Origin: Carcharhinus amblyrhynchos
Lineage: Eukaryota
DNA length: 64,000 bases
Direction: 5' to 3'
NCBI GenBank assembly: GCA_965287045.1
Contig: OZ336890.1
Location: 45,632,001 to 45,696,000, forward strand
Shown here: piece after piece, positions 1 through 13,112 of the stretch
How positions within the stretch are numbered: the stretch's first letter is position 1
Layout: every line of letters starts with the position of its first letter
Program-made: the position numbers and the translations under genes
The notes under the pieces: model-generated
Database searches by the model: none
Told to the model about the DNA's origin: nothing
The model's input: only the letters and a program-made list of their open reading frames with translations

Positions 1-87
1 TGAGGTCAGGATTCTCGGAATCGGGACATGCCCACCATTTTCAAAGGATTCCCGAGTCACTCTGACTTGATAAAAATCCAGGTCAGA

Positions 88-675
88 GACCCAGGATAAG
101 AGGATGGCCATTTTGAGATGAGACAAAGAGAAGTTTTTTCTCTCAAAGGGTTTTGTATCTTTAGAATTCTCTACTCCAGAGAAGGTCAGGCACTGGATAT
201 GTCCAAGATTGAGATTGATTAACTTTTGAACTTTGAGGGAATCAAGATATGTAGGACTTGGTTGGGCAAGTGGAATTTAAGTCAAGGATCAGAATGATAT
301 TAAATGATGGGGTAGGCTTGAGGGGCTGAATGATCTAGGACTAGGGGGCACAGCCTCAGGATAAAGGGGGGGCGGTTTAGAACGGAGTTGAGGAGGAACT
401 TCTTCACTCAAAGTGTGGTGAATCTCTGGAATTCTCTGCCCGTTGAAGTGGTGGAGGCTGCCTCACTCAATATTTTTAAGACGCGGGTTGATAGGTTTTT
501 GATAGGCAAGGGGATTAAGGGTTATGGGGAGAGGGCGGGAATGTGGACCTGAGCCACGACAGATCAGCCATGATCTTATTGAATGGCGGGGCAGGCTCGA
601 GGGGCTAGATGGCCTACTCCTGCTCCTATTTCTTATGTTCTTATGTTCTATTCCTCTTCCAATTTGCTATGTTTT
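88..675 (+). mobile_element. Old CR1 LINE 3' end interrupted by a young 5'-truncated CR1 copy (about 336-650)
   Basis: 336-650 is nearly identical to 17061-17374 and ends in (TTCTTATG)n. The old 3' UTR gggctgaatgatcta...ttcctcttcc is split around it. Confidence 0.85.
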
Positions 676-1118
676 TCTGCAGGCTCGGTAGACTACACAG
701 GATAGGATGAGTACATAATAGGAGTACACATGATGGGAAGGGTACATAATATCAGAAAAGATAATGGAATGGGTGGATGGCAAACACATAGAAAGATGAG
801 GCACAGATCGCAAAGTGCTACATTGCTTTCCTAGAGAGGGTTGTAGGATTGATTCACGGGAAGATCTAGAGGGTGAGAAAGAGATCCAAACTTTGAATCA
901 AATATCAATTTTCAATGAGAGCCGTTCTGTTTCGGTTCTATCTTTTGGGAAGAAAGCACTGTCAAAAACAATATGAATAAGTGTCAGTGTAAAGATATGG
1001 CCATATTTCTAGTAATGCGTAAACAAGCAAATTGTGCAGATAGAAAGCACCCTTCAGGGAACCTGCAAATCAAGGTCTTGTGTTGAGACTGGTACAGTCT
1101 GCCGTCGCTGAAACCTAC

Positions 1119-1288
1119 CTGCCGACGCAGCATTCTGTGAGCACTCACGGACCTCCTTGGGGGAGGAATCTTCGGGATAGTCTCAGAATCAAAACTGTTC
1201 TGCCGGCTGACTGGGTGGAACAGCCCGATTGGAACCTGGAGGTGTCCAGTGGTACCTATGGGCTGGGATTGAACTGATGTGGTGGAAC
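1119..1288 (-). CDS. CACNA1G: Cav3.1 exon 37-equivalent (C-terminus); the gene continues beyond position 1
   Basis: ccctag|GTTCCACC...CGGCAG|gtaggt; 170 nt, phase 1 to 0; GSTTSVQSQP...TIPKIPPPRRSVSAHRMLRRQ resembles human GSVLSVHSQP...[21 protein letters not shown]; missed by the ORF track. Confidence 0.92.
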
Positions 1289-1379
1289 CTAGGGAACAAT
1301 ATGCAGTAACAGTTAGTTATTTACCAGGCTCATCCATGCCTGACAAGATATTCTTCTGACATTTCTTTCTAGTTAACAA

Positions 1380-1690
1380 ACAAAATAGCTCACATTTACA
1401 TCGCATCTTTCATATCTGCAGAACACCCGAAAGTGCTGCCTATTAATTTTGAATTGTAATCATTGTAAATTTGGAGACAGGTTAGGCTGCAAATTTGGCC
1501 AAAGCAAGTTTCTATGTTCGACAGCCTGATAAACAACCAGTTAGTGTTCAACTCATCCCAAGAGACAGCACCTACAACAATGCAACAGGTCCTCAGTACT
1601 GCACTGAAGTGTCAGACCAGTTTACATGCTGAGTGGGGCTTAAACATACAACCTTCAAGCACAGGAAGGAAGAATCACTGACTGAAATTT
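1380..1690 (-). mobile_element. Degenerate SacSINE1/Deu-SINE-like SINE
   Basis: Reverse complement resembles the copy at 20140-20585 (cagtactgagg, tail aaatgtgag). Confidence 0.6.
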
Positions 1691-2227
1691 AAAATCTATA
1701 GAATCCCTACATCGCAGAAGGAGGCAATTCACCCATCGAGTCTGCACCGACAACAATCTCACCCAGGCCCTATCCCCGCCATTCATGACATTAGTCCATG
1801 TATCTGAATCAAGGGATTAGGATAGGTAGAATAATGGTAGTGATGACGGTGAGCTAGAAGCTGTGATATAACCACAGGCTTACATACAGAAAATTAAAAT
1901 GGATTCCTGAGAGTGAGTTCCAGGCTGGAAACTATTCGAAGAGTTTGATACTTCATATGAACAAAGTGTTAATTGGACAGGCTAGAATCCATTCAAACAG
2001 TTCAGATGTCAACATCAGCAGTGTTTATAACCAGGGCTTAGAATGTTCTCTGAGCCCTGAAATGAGTTGGCAGTTTGCAGTCAATCTCTTGTATTCATTT
2101 TTTCCCCTGTAATAGATATTGGGAAGCTCTCAGAGATAACAATCTTATATTTTGGGTCTGCTGTTTTGCTGGTGAGAGCATTTTACAGCGAACATCAGCA
2201 GAACCCATGCAGTCTACACAGGAGGAA

Positions 2228-2412
2228 TATCAGAAAATGCTGGAAATACTCAGCATTGGCAGAGAAACAGAACATGATGACCTTTCATCTGAACTGTTCT
2301 ATGAAAGGTCATTGATCTGAAAATGTTAACTCCCTCTTCACAGCTGCTGCCTGACCTGCTGAGTATTTGCCTTTTATTTTAGATTTCCAGCATCTGCAGT
2401 ATTTTGATTTTG
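2228..2412. mobile_element. Penelope-like terminal repeat remnant in inverted (palindromic) arrangement
   Basis: aaatgctggaaat...gacctttcat | atgaaaggtc...cctgctgagt...atttccagcat inverted arms. Confidence 0.65.
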
Positions 2413-2569
2413 TAGTCAATACAAGTTAGGGATTGACTATTAATTGTGCTGTAATTCCAGCGGTGAAGGTGGCCAGGTTGGCATGTGCACTAAGGGCAGG
2501 ACCAGAATACAAACCAGTCATCACTGCCTGGAGAAAAAGTTAGATTTAACCAGGGGACAATTCCTTATC

Positions 2570-2840
2570 GCGGTGGCACTGCTGCCTCTGGTATTGGGTG
2601 AATGTGTGTGAGGTTTGCACATTCTTCCTGTATCTGCGTGGGTTTCCTCTGGGTGTCCCAGTTTCCTCCCACAGTCCAAAAGATGTGCTGATTAGATGGA
2701 TTGGCCATGGTAAATACATGGGGATTATGGGGATAGGGTGGAGGAGAGGGCCTGGGTAAGATGCTCTTTCAGAGGGTCAGTGCAGACTCGAATGCCTGAA
2801 TGGCCTCTTTTTGCACTGTAGACCTCCTAAGGTTCTATAG
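2570..2840 (+). mobile_element. HE1 (V-SINE) degenerate copy
   Basis: V-domain tgcgtgggtttcctctgggtg..gtttcctcccacagtccaaa and tail tgcactgta. Confidence 0.8.
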
Positions 2841-3031
2841 TTCCCTTAACAGCAATTGCCACCATGACAAAATAGAATCTTGTGCTCGGGTGAGTTAGTT
2901 TGGTCAGATACAGAAAACCAACTTGAGTTTCTCTTTGCCAGATACACTGACAATAGTGAGTACTGCATTGAGTAGATCAAATGAATGATTGACAACTAAC
3001 CAAAACTCATTCAAACATGGATGAGGCATAC

Positions 3032-3215
3032 CTGACTGTAACTTATGATTACTCTCTGACCTCTGAAGGCCCTGCAAGGGAGCAGGGTCAACAGGTTGAA
3101 ACATGTAGCTATCATTGGGTAGAGAGTGTGTCCGGCCAACAAAAGGCTTCCTCACAGTGAGGAGGTTCTTCTCTGCGATCTCCTCCTTAGCCTCCTGTTC
3201 TTGAGTGCCCTCACC
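3032..3215 (-). CDS. CACNA1G: Cav3.1 exon 36-equivalent (C-terminus)
   Basis: cctgcag|GGTGAG...CAGTCAG|gtatgc; 184 nt; contains the Cav3 motif LLTVRKPFVGRTHSLPNDSYM. Confidence 0.93.
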
Positions 3216-6200
3216 CTGCAGGACAGAAAAGGCACCATTAGATTTGTGGGACACAGGCACAGATGAAAACTGAAGGAAGCTGAGCTGTTGATAATGTGAA
3301 ACACACTCATGCAAGAAGGTCATCAACGGCACAGTAACATCCTACAATTACAGCAACAGAAATGCAACAAAAAGAGAAGTCAAAACATTTCAGCGAGACA
3401 TGTTACATCACTTTGCTATAAGGCAATGGATTACAATATAGTTACGCGGCAACACAAAAGACACAGTGGTGTGTCACAGATTGATAAGTCACAATACTGG
3501 GCATTCTCTGCAGTACATGAACCATGACAATGCCAATTCCATCAGTCGGCCGCTTCATGCAAACATCTCATATTCTCTGCTATTTTCTTCATCCAATGTC
3601 TCCAAATGAATAACCACAAGCTATTAGCCATTTTACTAGCCATCTCTTCAACTACTGATGCAAACTAGCTAGCTGTTACACAAAGTCAGTAAGGTACGCT
3701 TGACAGCAAAGAATAATTATTGAAAAATAAATGTTTAATGAAAATCTCGGGAAAAAATTAAAACTGTAAATTAAAACGATGGGCTAGAAACTTGCCTTGC
3801 CTGTTATTGATTTACTCTGCCAGATATTCAATTCTATTGACGTTAATGTTGATTAGGTTAAATCACTAATTTTGCCCCACTACCCAAGACAAATTCCTAC
3901 CCCTTCCCATTCCTTTCTTTATTGATGCTACTTCAACATAAAATGGGAGCTGCATGAGTCCAAGTCAAGGACTGAAATGCAGGCTAGAATCCAATCAAAC
4001 AGTTTAGATGAAGATATTAATATTTTATATTCAACTTGTCTCCATTTATTGGCCTTTGTCTAGAAAGGGGTATGATAAAGACAAAGTTAGAATTGAATGA
4101 GACAGGCCCTTGGAATTTGCTAGCATCTGTAGCAGTTTGGAGAAGACCAAAAAGCCATCAACCAAATAACCGACTCTTACTCTGCACAGAAAAACTGGTC
4201 AAAGAACTGGGAAAACTGGTTATTATCAGAGACTAAGAGGTGACTTCCATTCGTTGGTGCTCATTCACTCAGATGTGCTAGCTGGTGTGACTGCATGACC
4301 TGTATTAGATGGTGCTAACCTCATAAATGCATATCAGCTAGTTGATGTTTTTTGTGCTACCTTTTAGTCCCCAAACTACCTCCAGAGTCTATCATGTAGA
4401 CACTCCTCCCGTAACAACTATCCTGTGAATCCTTGACTTAATCAGTGGATCGTCCACTTCAAAAGCTTCCCTTCTGTTATTGTGTTTCATCTGTGTGACC
4501 TTATTCTGGTATACATTCTGTAACACAATGTCCAAAATGAACAACTTTTCACTTAGTCAATTCTCCCCAGTCCTCAAGGTGTGACTCCTGGCAGGGGTTG
4601 GTTTCATAGGCACTGGTTGTCCCCAAGTATCAGATTCACTCAAATGTCCAAGAGTGAAGCTGGAAGTAGATAGACTATCTGATCATAGGGGAGTACCACA
4701 ATCAAGCCTTCTATCCTTACCCTTCCCATTTATATCTACTCACAACGAGTCCAGAAATGAATTTCTGTTGTACAGTTATGTATCCGTGATGAACTGAAGC
4801 TGCAGCCACATTTGGGAGAATTGATGAAAATGTCTAAGAGCAGGGACAGCAAAGGTGGCATTTATTTCTTCCACCTTTTCAAAAAAAACTGCCTTGCCTC
4901 TTCAGCCCATGCAGAATCTTTAACCTAGAATAGTTTTTAAAAAATAGCAAAAACAGAAAATACACAGGAATTAGAAGAATGCGTTCCCTTGTCACCCCAG
5001 GTTTGTGGAAACATTGCACTAATTCCAAATACTTTGAACTATTTAGGCAGTGTTACTTTTATTCAATTGAACCTGCCATTACACATCTGTGTCTTGTGAC
5101 TATTAAGAAAAATTGTTTCTGTGCACAGGGTCCATTTCTCTGCTTAACAAAACCCATTAATTCAGGACAAACTGGCTGCTGGAACCAACGCTGGCCATTA
5201 ATCACATGCTCTTGCATGAGGCATGATGGGAATAGTACTCATTGTCATCGGCAACGGCTACAACATAGCACAAAAACATTTCTGTGCCACTGTACCACAG
5301 AGACACAGTCAACGATGGGATGACACCAACAAAAAGCACAGCCAGATCTAACAGAAGACAGATACAAGATCCAGAAATGTTGGCTTGAGAAAAAGGAACT
5401 GTTTGTGCGACAGATGAAAGCATTAGTCTACACATCAGCCTGGAAATGTCGAATGCTTGGGCAGTGGAGAGGAGCAGATGGTTTTATATATAAATCAGGG
5501 CTAGAAATACTCTTCCTTTATGCATTTCCCACCAAAGTGAATGCACAATAATATCACATTAATAGAATTAGATGCCCGCAGATCATCACCTGTAACATTT
5601 TGCCTTCAGTTTGAAATGTCCAGAGTCATGCTAGCTGTCAATAGTTTTACAACACGATGTTCCTTAGCCTCCTTTATGGTTTTGTAATGTGAGGACACAA
5701 TGGTGTTCCCAGTGTAGAGTCTAATCAATGCCTTCCCATCAGATGTTCTCATTTTTAAACAACATTTTTCTGTGGCTAACACTATATGACGAACTCAGAA
5801 TTTAAAAAAAACTCATGTTTCTTCGAGTAAGTGTTTTAAGTACCCTATGTTGTGGGTCCCATAATACCACGGTCAGGTTTTCTAGGCAGTAGTTGAACGG
5901 AAGCATAGAAAAACCACGGCCTGAGGCAGGACTAGCTTAGCCCAGCTAGGGGGCATTGTGTGCCTGCTACACCTGGTCTGTGCAGCTGTGGAAGGATTCC
6001 TTCTCCTGACAGCTATTGAGAGGCTCCTGTCTGGGGACAGCTTAATACCATTTGCTGTTGAAGTGCTCGCTGACGCGAGTTACCACCGAATGAAGTGATG
6101 GAAAGTGACCATACCTTTGGGACCAGAATCTAATAAGGGGTCACCACCTTCAAGAAAGGAGGGGGCGGAGAATTTGTTCTAAGGTCTATAGTCGAATGTG

Positions 6201-7834
6201 TTGTAGGTGGAGAACTGTCAAGGAGCCCAAGGGTCAGTGGGATTGGAGGAAGTGACCATCGATTGGTGTTTGAGTAACAACATAGGAGTTGTTTCTCAAA
6301 GGTCTGTTTCAGAATCACATCGGGTCACATTTAATCTATTGCTAATATACTTGTTTTCAAATGAATAGAGTCACATCCCTTTTCTCCTGAACTGTACAGG
6401 ACTTAAGCTGGCGTAGCCATGTCCCTTGTATACCTCTCAATAGCTAGATGATCAATTCTTTTTATTGGTTTACCTTTACACCAGACTCCTTATTTTTCCA
6501 CTGAGGATCAATTTATCTTCGACTCCGTCTCAAGCCAGGTCAGTGAGCTAACAGTGAGAGCTGACTCCTTTACATCTTTCTCTCACCCTGGGTTTTACCT
6601 TCCGTCTCCTGAAGGTGGCGATTCCTGCAGGGCAATTCCGCAGCTGCTGGGATCTGCTTAGTTGCCTCTGTACAAACTTAGACAAGAAATACCTGCCTAT
6701 TCTGCAGCTACTGGGGTATCACAGAACAATTCAGTCCCCAGCATGAATCAGCATTCCTAGCAGGGGTCAGGGGACAGGGTTTGGAGAAGGTGACCTCTCC
6801 ACTGCCATTTGGTTCTGATGAATATTGAGGTCCAATTATAGTGCCCATGATACTCGGCTTAACAATTCAGCAGAGAGCAGTTGCTCTCAAGTCTCCAGGA
6901 GTTAAAGATTAATCCCAAAGACTGCTGTGAGCAAACCGGCAGACAAAAGTCACAGGGACATTTGAACAATTTTGCTTCTCAGTTATAAGAAAAGAGTTAC
7001 GTGACTAGGCAGAGTCATCTCTGATGAAATCTCTAGAATACCCAAGTAGAGCTGGTAGCAGTCAATTTGGTTCTATGAAGGTCTGAATACTTAAGTGTCA
7101 CAGACAGGTACAGTGCAATAACTGAGCCAAATGTAGCAGCACAGGCAGGTTGTATATGAGTCACTGTGTTCATAAAGAACAGAGATAGGAGATCAGTGAC
7201 GCCAAATACAATGGTTAAGCCAGCTCCAACGCAGGCACATATTAACTTACTGACCTAAATATTAAATACAAATCATAATCTAAAGACACTTCTGCCTATT
7301 TTATTGTAAGGGTGAAACTGGCTAGGATGCTTATAGAGCATGTCTGAAAGGCATTCTGATGGTGAGCCAATCAAGTCATTAAGAATAAAGGCATCCATAA
7401 AACTGTACAGATCCCTTTGTACTGCAATGGCACTTATAGGACAAAGCAGATGACAAGGATATAAACTTTCTACATCCAACCTGCTTTGAGTTCTGTATTC
7501 ACACACTGCAGAATATGGAATTTACAAAGCAGGGTTACAACATGGTTAAAATTTGAGCTGGTGATTTTAAGTGCTTATGTATAAAACTTTTCAAAGAAGG
7601 ACAGGACTTTGAACCATGTGTTGTATCTTGGAATATTATGGAGCTGACTTCAAAAAGCTGGAGAACGATGTGTTAGTTGTTCCAAAGCCTAGGATCACAA
7701 AGTACTGAGCCTGAGGTCAGTCAGGGTTCGGTGCGGTCCTTTCACTCACATTATAAACGGATAACATAAAGTAAAAATGGATGAGTATTTCGAGCCCTGT
7801 TATAAATAGTGGAATACAGGTGTGAAGTATGTAC

Positions 7835-7969
7835 ATTGCTTTCCAGCGTATTTAGTAAGAATACGTTAGCATCATCAGGCAAAGAGTCATCCGTCAGTGC
7901 TAACGACCACGATTTCTCAGACTGAATATCAGACGTCAGAGAAACAGCCTCCATCTCAGCTAGAGGGAT
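7835..7969 (-). CDS. CACNA1G: Cav3.1 cassette exon 35-equivalent
   Basis: atttag|ATCCCTCTA...AGCAAT|gtacat; 135 nt, symmetric phase 0; [45 protein letters not shown] resembles human [33 protein letters not shown]. Confidence 0.94.
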
Positions 7970-9098
7970 CTAAATAGGGGAGAGACGACCAGTTGTGAGA
8001 AACTAGGACAACAGTTCATAGATGGACTTCACACCTCAACAGTCTGCACGCTCACTTACCAGAACTCTCTCAAAACGGTAGCAGGTTCTTAAGTACGGAT
8101 CCACTACAGCCATTGTACATTCATCTTGTTTGTTCACTTCCAATTTACTCCCCGGCCCACCACATTCTCTCCAGTGAGCTATTACTGTCAGTGCATTATT
8201 GTAGGAATGTTCACCACTGATTGGGTCTGCCCTAATTTAATTGACTACAATCCTTGCGAGTTATTGCCTGGGTTCAATTTGGTTCTAGAATGAGACCCAA
8301 CTTTACATGTTGACGTTGTTTTAAAAGCACATTTGTATGCTGTCCTGAGTAAATAGGCAAAACACCCAGAAAACTGACGCCACTGCCCACAGGTGTGAAA
8401 AACGTTACAAATGTGCACTCACTTAGTCTGACTGCACACTTCCTACCAAGTAACATGAAGGAAATATGTAGACTATTCAGCCCCTTTGGCCTGCTATACC
8501 ATTCAATTAGATTACGGCTATTCTGTACCTTTTCCATTTTCCATAGTTCTTTGAAAATTACCCCTATCCATTGGCTTCACATCACGGATGGCTTCATCAT
8601 TCCATCCTGCTCACTGTCATTCAAAAGGTGTGGTTATGAAGTCGCTATGTGGTTACAGTCAGCATTGCAAATCAGTCACACATCATAACCAGGTTTGGAA
8701 AAACTCTCCTTCAATGCCAATATGATAAAAAGTGGTACAAGAGAAGATAGGTTAATTGATTCCTTTGCGTCCATCTCAACTGGAGGCAATGCTCCTCTAT
8801 CATACTGATTTAGATTATTTCTCTGTTTTCATTTAAGTTTGGGCCTTGGCTCAGGCCTGGTTCCTTCCAGAAGGAAAAGCCAGTTCACAATTTTCAAATC
8901 TTTGTAAAAATCACTCATACTGGCAGCAGAAATGCTGGTGTCCATTTTAAGGTGTACAGGGCCAGTTCAGGCAAGGTTTACTGCTACTCTTCAATTCTGA
9001 GATTTACTGTGTTTTTCCTACTTGTATGGGGATTCCTCTGATTCCTCACCAGTGATTATTCTTCCTGTGACAGATCCTGGGCACTAAGTGTCATCAGA

Positions 9099-9312
9099 GG
9101 CCAGGATTCTGTGGCCCCCTCGTGTCTGGTTTTCCAGTGGCAGAGGTGGCCCACCATTAGTCAGTATCGATATCTTCTGATCCTGCCAAAGGCAATGATG
9201 TTTTCCATGGCTTACTAGCCATGCTATCGGGGAACCGGCCAATGGCAGGCTGCCTCTACCACTGGAAAACCCACTGCGGGGACAGTGGGGGGGGGGGGGG
9301 GGAACTTAGCCA
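9099..9312. mobile_element. Palindromic MITE of about 200 bp (Harbinger-like family; also at 28711-28915, 29691-29900, 54628-54812)
   Basis: Shared core ggtggcccaccatt..gatctt..tcctg; internal inverted arms ttttccagtgg/ccactggaaaa; includes a G run at 9287-9302. Confidence 0.6.
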
Positions 9313-9724
9313 GAGTTTGCAGTGTAATGTGCACTTGTTGCACTGCACAGTCTTGATAAGATTGATGTTAAGATGAACATTGCTTGTTTGCAGCCCGTTT
9401 GTTCCCTGCACAGCATATTCCCAATTGCTGCATAGTCACACATCTATGCAGTTTAGAGGGAATGTTGTTGCCAACCTTTCAGGATCATCTTGGATTCTCC
9501 AGGAATTAAAGGTTAATCTTTAGGATAGTGTTGTAGGCAAACTAAGGAGTAAAATCATAATGAGAGAAGGGGCTGGTATTAAAATAATCTGTGTGGTATT
9601 TACTTTCTTGGAACCCTTTCATTTATTTATTATATAAATACTGATAATGTGAAGAGGTTGGGAATTAAAGGCTGTTTGATTGGGCAGGGTGGCTGCAGGA
9701 TGGAATCAGATGTTGAAACCTCCA

Positions 9725-10272
9725 GGCCACAGCTGGAGCACTGCGTGCAGTTCTTGTCACCATATTAGAGGGAAGATGTGATTGCGCTAGAAAGGGTGCA
9801 GAGGAGATTCACCAGGATGTTGCCTGGGCTGGAGCATTTCAGCTATGAAGAGAGGCTGGTTAGGCTGGGGTTATTTTCCTTAGAGCAGAGAAGGCTGAGT
9901 GGGGGACCTGATTGGGGTGTACAAATTTATGAGGGATATATATAGGTAGACAGGAAGAAACCTTTCCCCCTAGTAGAGGGGTCAATAACCAGGGGGAATG
10001 GATTTAAGTTAAGAGGCAGGAGATTTAGAGTGGATTTAAGGGAAAATCTTCTCACCTAGCATGAGGTGAGAACTGCAAATCACTGCCTGAACGGATGGTA
10101 GAGGCAGGAACCCCTCACAACATTTAAGAAGCATTTAGCTGAACACTTGAAACGCCACAGCATACAAGGCTAGGGATCAAGTACTGGAAAATGGGATGAT
10201 AGGTGCTTGATGGCTGGTGCAGCTATGATGGGCTGAAAGACCTCTTTCTGTGCTGTAAAGCTCTAAGACTCT
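9725..10272 (+). mobile_element. CR1 LINE ORF2 C-terminus and 3' UTR, degenerate
   Basis: Encodes PQLEHCVQF-like and [15 protein letters not shown]-like motifs. Confidence 0.88.
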
Positions 10273-10629
10273 TTGAGTGTAATGGGGGCTGCCAAGACCA
10301 ACTGTGATGGATACAGTAGTGGAGCACAGTCCTTAGCTAGTTTGAAATTGGGGACTGTACCTTTGGCCTTTCAAAATAAATCATTTCAGAAATGTCTCGT
10401 CATCTGCATAAAGTCTGATTAGGATTGACGAACATTAGCAAATCTTGTAAAGTGGATGGCACAGTGTCTCACACTGACTGCAGATATTTTGGAATTCTTG
10501 CAGATACTCAATTCAGTGAAGGGCTTTGACCTCTGTTATATTTTTCTCTTGGTTTTTCTTACTTGGTAAGTCTAAGCTGGATATTTCTCCACTTAGGCAA
10601 GCTAGCTCTCCAACACCATCTGTATCGCA

Positions 10630-13112
10630 AATTTATTAGAGATTTTTGAGCGTGTAACTGGTAGGGTTGATAAAAATGGAGCCAGTTGAATTTTCAAAAG
10701 GCAATTGATAAAGGGTCACTCAAAAGATCAAGATAAGGGCTCTCAAAGTTGGGGATTATATATTAACATGGATGGAGGATTGGTTAATGGACAGGAGGCA
10801 GAGAGCAGGGATAAATGAGGCAATTTGAAATTGGAAGGCTGTAACTAGGGGAGTGCTGCAAGGATCAGTATAGGCAATTGATATTAATGACTTAAACAAA
10901 GAGACAGAGAATAATAGATCCAAGTTTGCTGGCAATACAAAGCCGTTTAGGAAGGTAAGTTGTGAGGGGGACACAAAGTGTCTGCACAGGGATACAGAGT
11001 TCCGAAGAAGAGTCACATTGGACTCAAAACATTACTCTGTTTCTCCTTTCCAAGACAATGCCAAACCTGCTGAGTTTTTCCAGCACATACTGTTCTTATT
11101 GCAGATTTTCAGTATCCACAGTATTTTACATTTTTATGGAAGAACAATGCATACCAGGAATCTCAGGAATGCTGTGATTGTGACTATATTTAAGAAGGGG
11201 GTCAAATCTGGTTCTAGTAACTATAGAGGTGTCTCCCAGTGTTTGCCACAGAAAACAGCATCACAAGGATTCTCCTCAATTGACTCCTCCCAATGGCAAG
11301 GAACTCTTTCCAGAGTCACAGTGTGGTTTTCGCCCGTTGAGAGGCACCAGACATGATTTTCACTGTGTGGTAAATTTAAGAAAAGCACAAGGAACTTCAC
11401 CAACCTGATTACAGTACCAACCTTTCTTTGACCTCAAGAAAGCTTTTATGCAAAAGCTTATGGGCTATCCCTCAGAAATGTATCACCATCCTGATGATAT
11501 GCAAACCATCATCCTCACCAATGGAACCACCACAAACACTACTGTGCCCTGTTTTCCAAATTATACTCCTCACTTCCAGCAAATTCCCCAGAGGTGTGGA
11601 GATAATCTACAGAACAGACATTAAGCCTGTCAACTAACACCACCTTTAATCCAAAACCACAACCACTGCAACCGCAACCGTGGAGCTTCATGAACTCCAG
11701 GTCATTGTTAAGTCCTTTTGTGAAACATATGGAAAAATGAGCCTTTTAACAGACACTCAGAAAACTAGGCTCCTCTTTCAACCAGCACAACAATTCCCCC
11801 ATCGATTAAGACAAACAGTGAGATCCTGGGAATAGTGGACCATTTTCCATTTCTTGTGAGTCCTTTTTTCGCTGAAGGTAGACTTTGATGATAAATTCAT
11901 TTTTGCCTCCAAGGTGCCAACTCAGCCTTTGACTGACAGGAGAAGAGTATCTGAGGATGAAGACTAAATTCATAGTTTACCAGACAATGGTAATCCCTGT
12001 GCCCCATAGGCTTTGAAGACTTGGACAACCTACAGCAGACAACTCAAAGGACTGGAGAAGTGCCACCAGTGGTGCCTCCAAATTTGGCAACAAGAAATTC
12101 GGACCAACAGTAGCGTCCTTTCCCAAGTCTTGTCCAGGATCCACATAATTCAAATCACTCAAAACTAGCTCCACGTGCTGGGACATGTCGTTTGTATGTC
12201 TGAAAGCAAAGTCCAGAAACAACTGTTCTACTTGGAACTCAGTCGTGGCAGAGACCCTGCAACTCATGGGAGTCTCTATCTTGTGACCAACCAAAATAGA
12301 GGAAGCTCACTTGGGAAGTTATTGAATGCAGAGACTTCAAATGGGAACATACAGAGGCCAAGTTGAGGCTTTGGAGGGAGTACACAAACATCCAAAGAAC
12401 CCATCTATTCAACCCTTCAAATACCACCAACCACACAAGGCAGAGTCTACAGATCACACATTGCATTTAGCAGGTCAGAGTGGGCAGAATCTTTTCCATC
12501 CTGAGGGACTGTCTAAGAAGAGAGGGAGGAAGGCGATTGGCATGTTGGCCTTTATTGTGGGATTGGTGTCCAAGAATAAGGCAGTCTTTTTATAATTGTA
12601 AGAGCTTTGGCGAGACCATACCTGAAGAACTGTGCGCAGCTTTAGAACTCCTGTCTAAAGATGGATAGACTTGCCTTGCAGGCAGTAGAGAAAATTCACT
12701 CGATTGGTTCCCTGGATGAGACGGTTGTCCAATGATGAGATGCTGAATAAATTGGACCTTTACTTTCCGGGGTACTAAAGGCAATTGACAGGGTAGACAC
12801 TGACAGGTTGTTTCCCTGGCTGGTGAATCTAAAATATAGGGGCGCAGTCATAGGATAAATCAATCATTTAAGTCTGACAAGAGGAGAAACTCTTCACACT
12901 CAAAGGAGTTGTGAATCTTTGCAATTCTCTATCCCAGAATGCTTAATTGTTGATTGTATTTAATGCTGAGACACAGATTTTTTGTCTTCAAGACAATGAA
13001 GGAATGTGGGAGACTGGTAGCAAAGTGCAGAAGGTCAGCTATGATTGTATTAAATGGAGGAGCAGGCTCGAGGGACTGAACCATCTACCTCTACTCTAAT
13101 TCCTTATGTACT
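10630..13112 (+). mobile_element. Old CR1 RT region split in two (about 10630-10990 and 12520-13112) by Penelope and RTE insertions
   Basis: FQKAIDK, WMEDWL, SKFA-like motifs on the left; KAIGMLAFI and the 3' UTR on the right. Confidence 0.75.
11135..12470 (+). mobile_element. RTE-clade LINE RT fragment, degenerate
   Basis: NAVIVTIFKKG..SNYRGVS, PESQCGFRP.RG.DMIF-like, VEIIYRTD and KQLFY.EL motifs typical of RTE ORF. Confidence 0.8.

Noticed and set aside
1080-1277. 65-aa plus-strand ORF
   Set aside because: Antisense shadow of CACNA1G exon 37
5202-5435. Hydrophobic sense-strand ORF as a possible extra exon between exons 35 and 36
   Set aside because: The best acceptor read in phase 0 meets a stop or only a weak donor, and there is no Cav3 similarity
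5848-6330. Possible solo LTR with TG...CA ends
   Set aside because: Boundaries are ambiguous, no TSD and no second copy in the window
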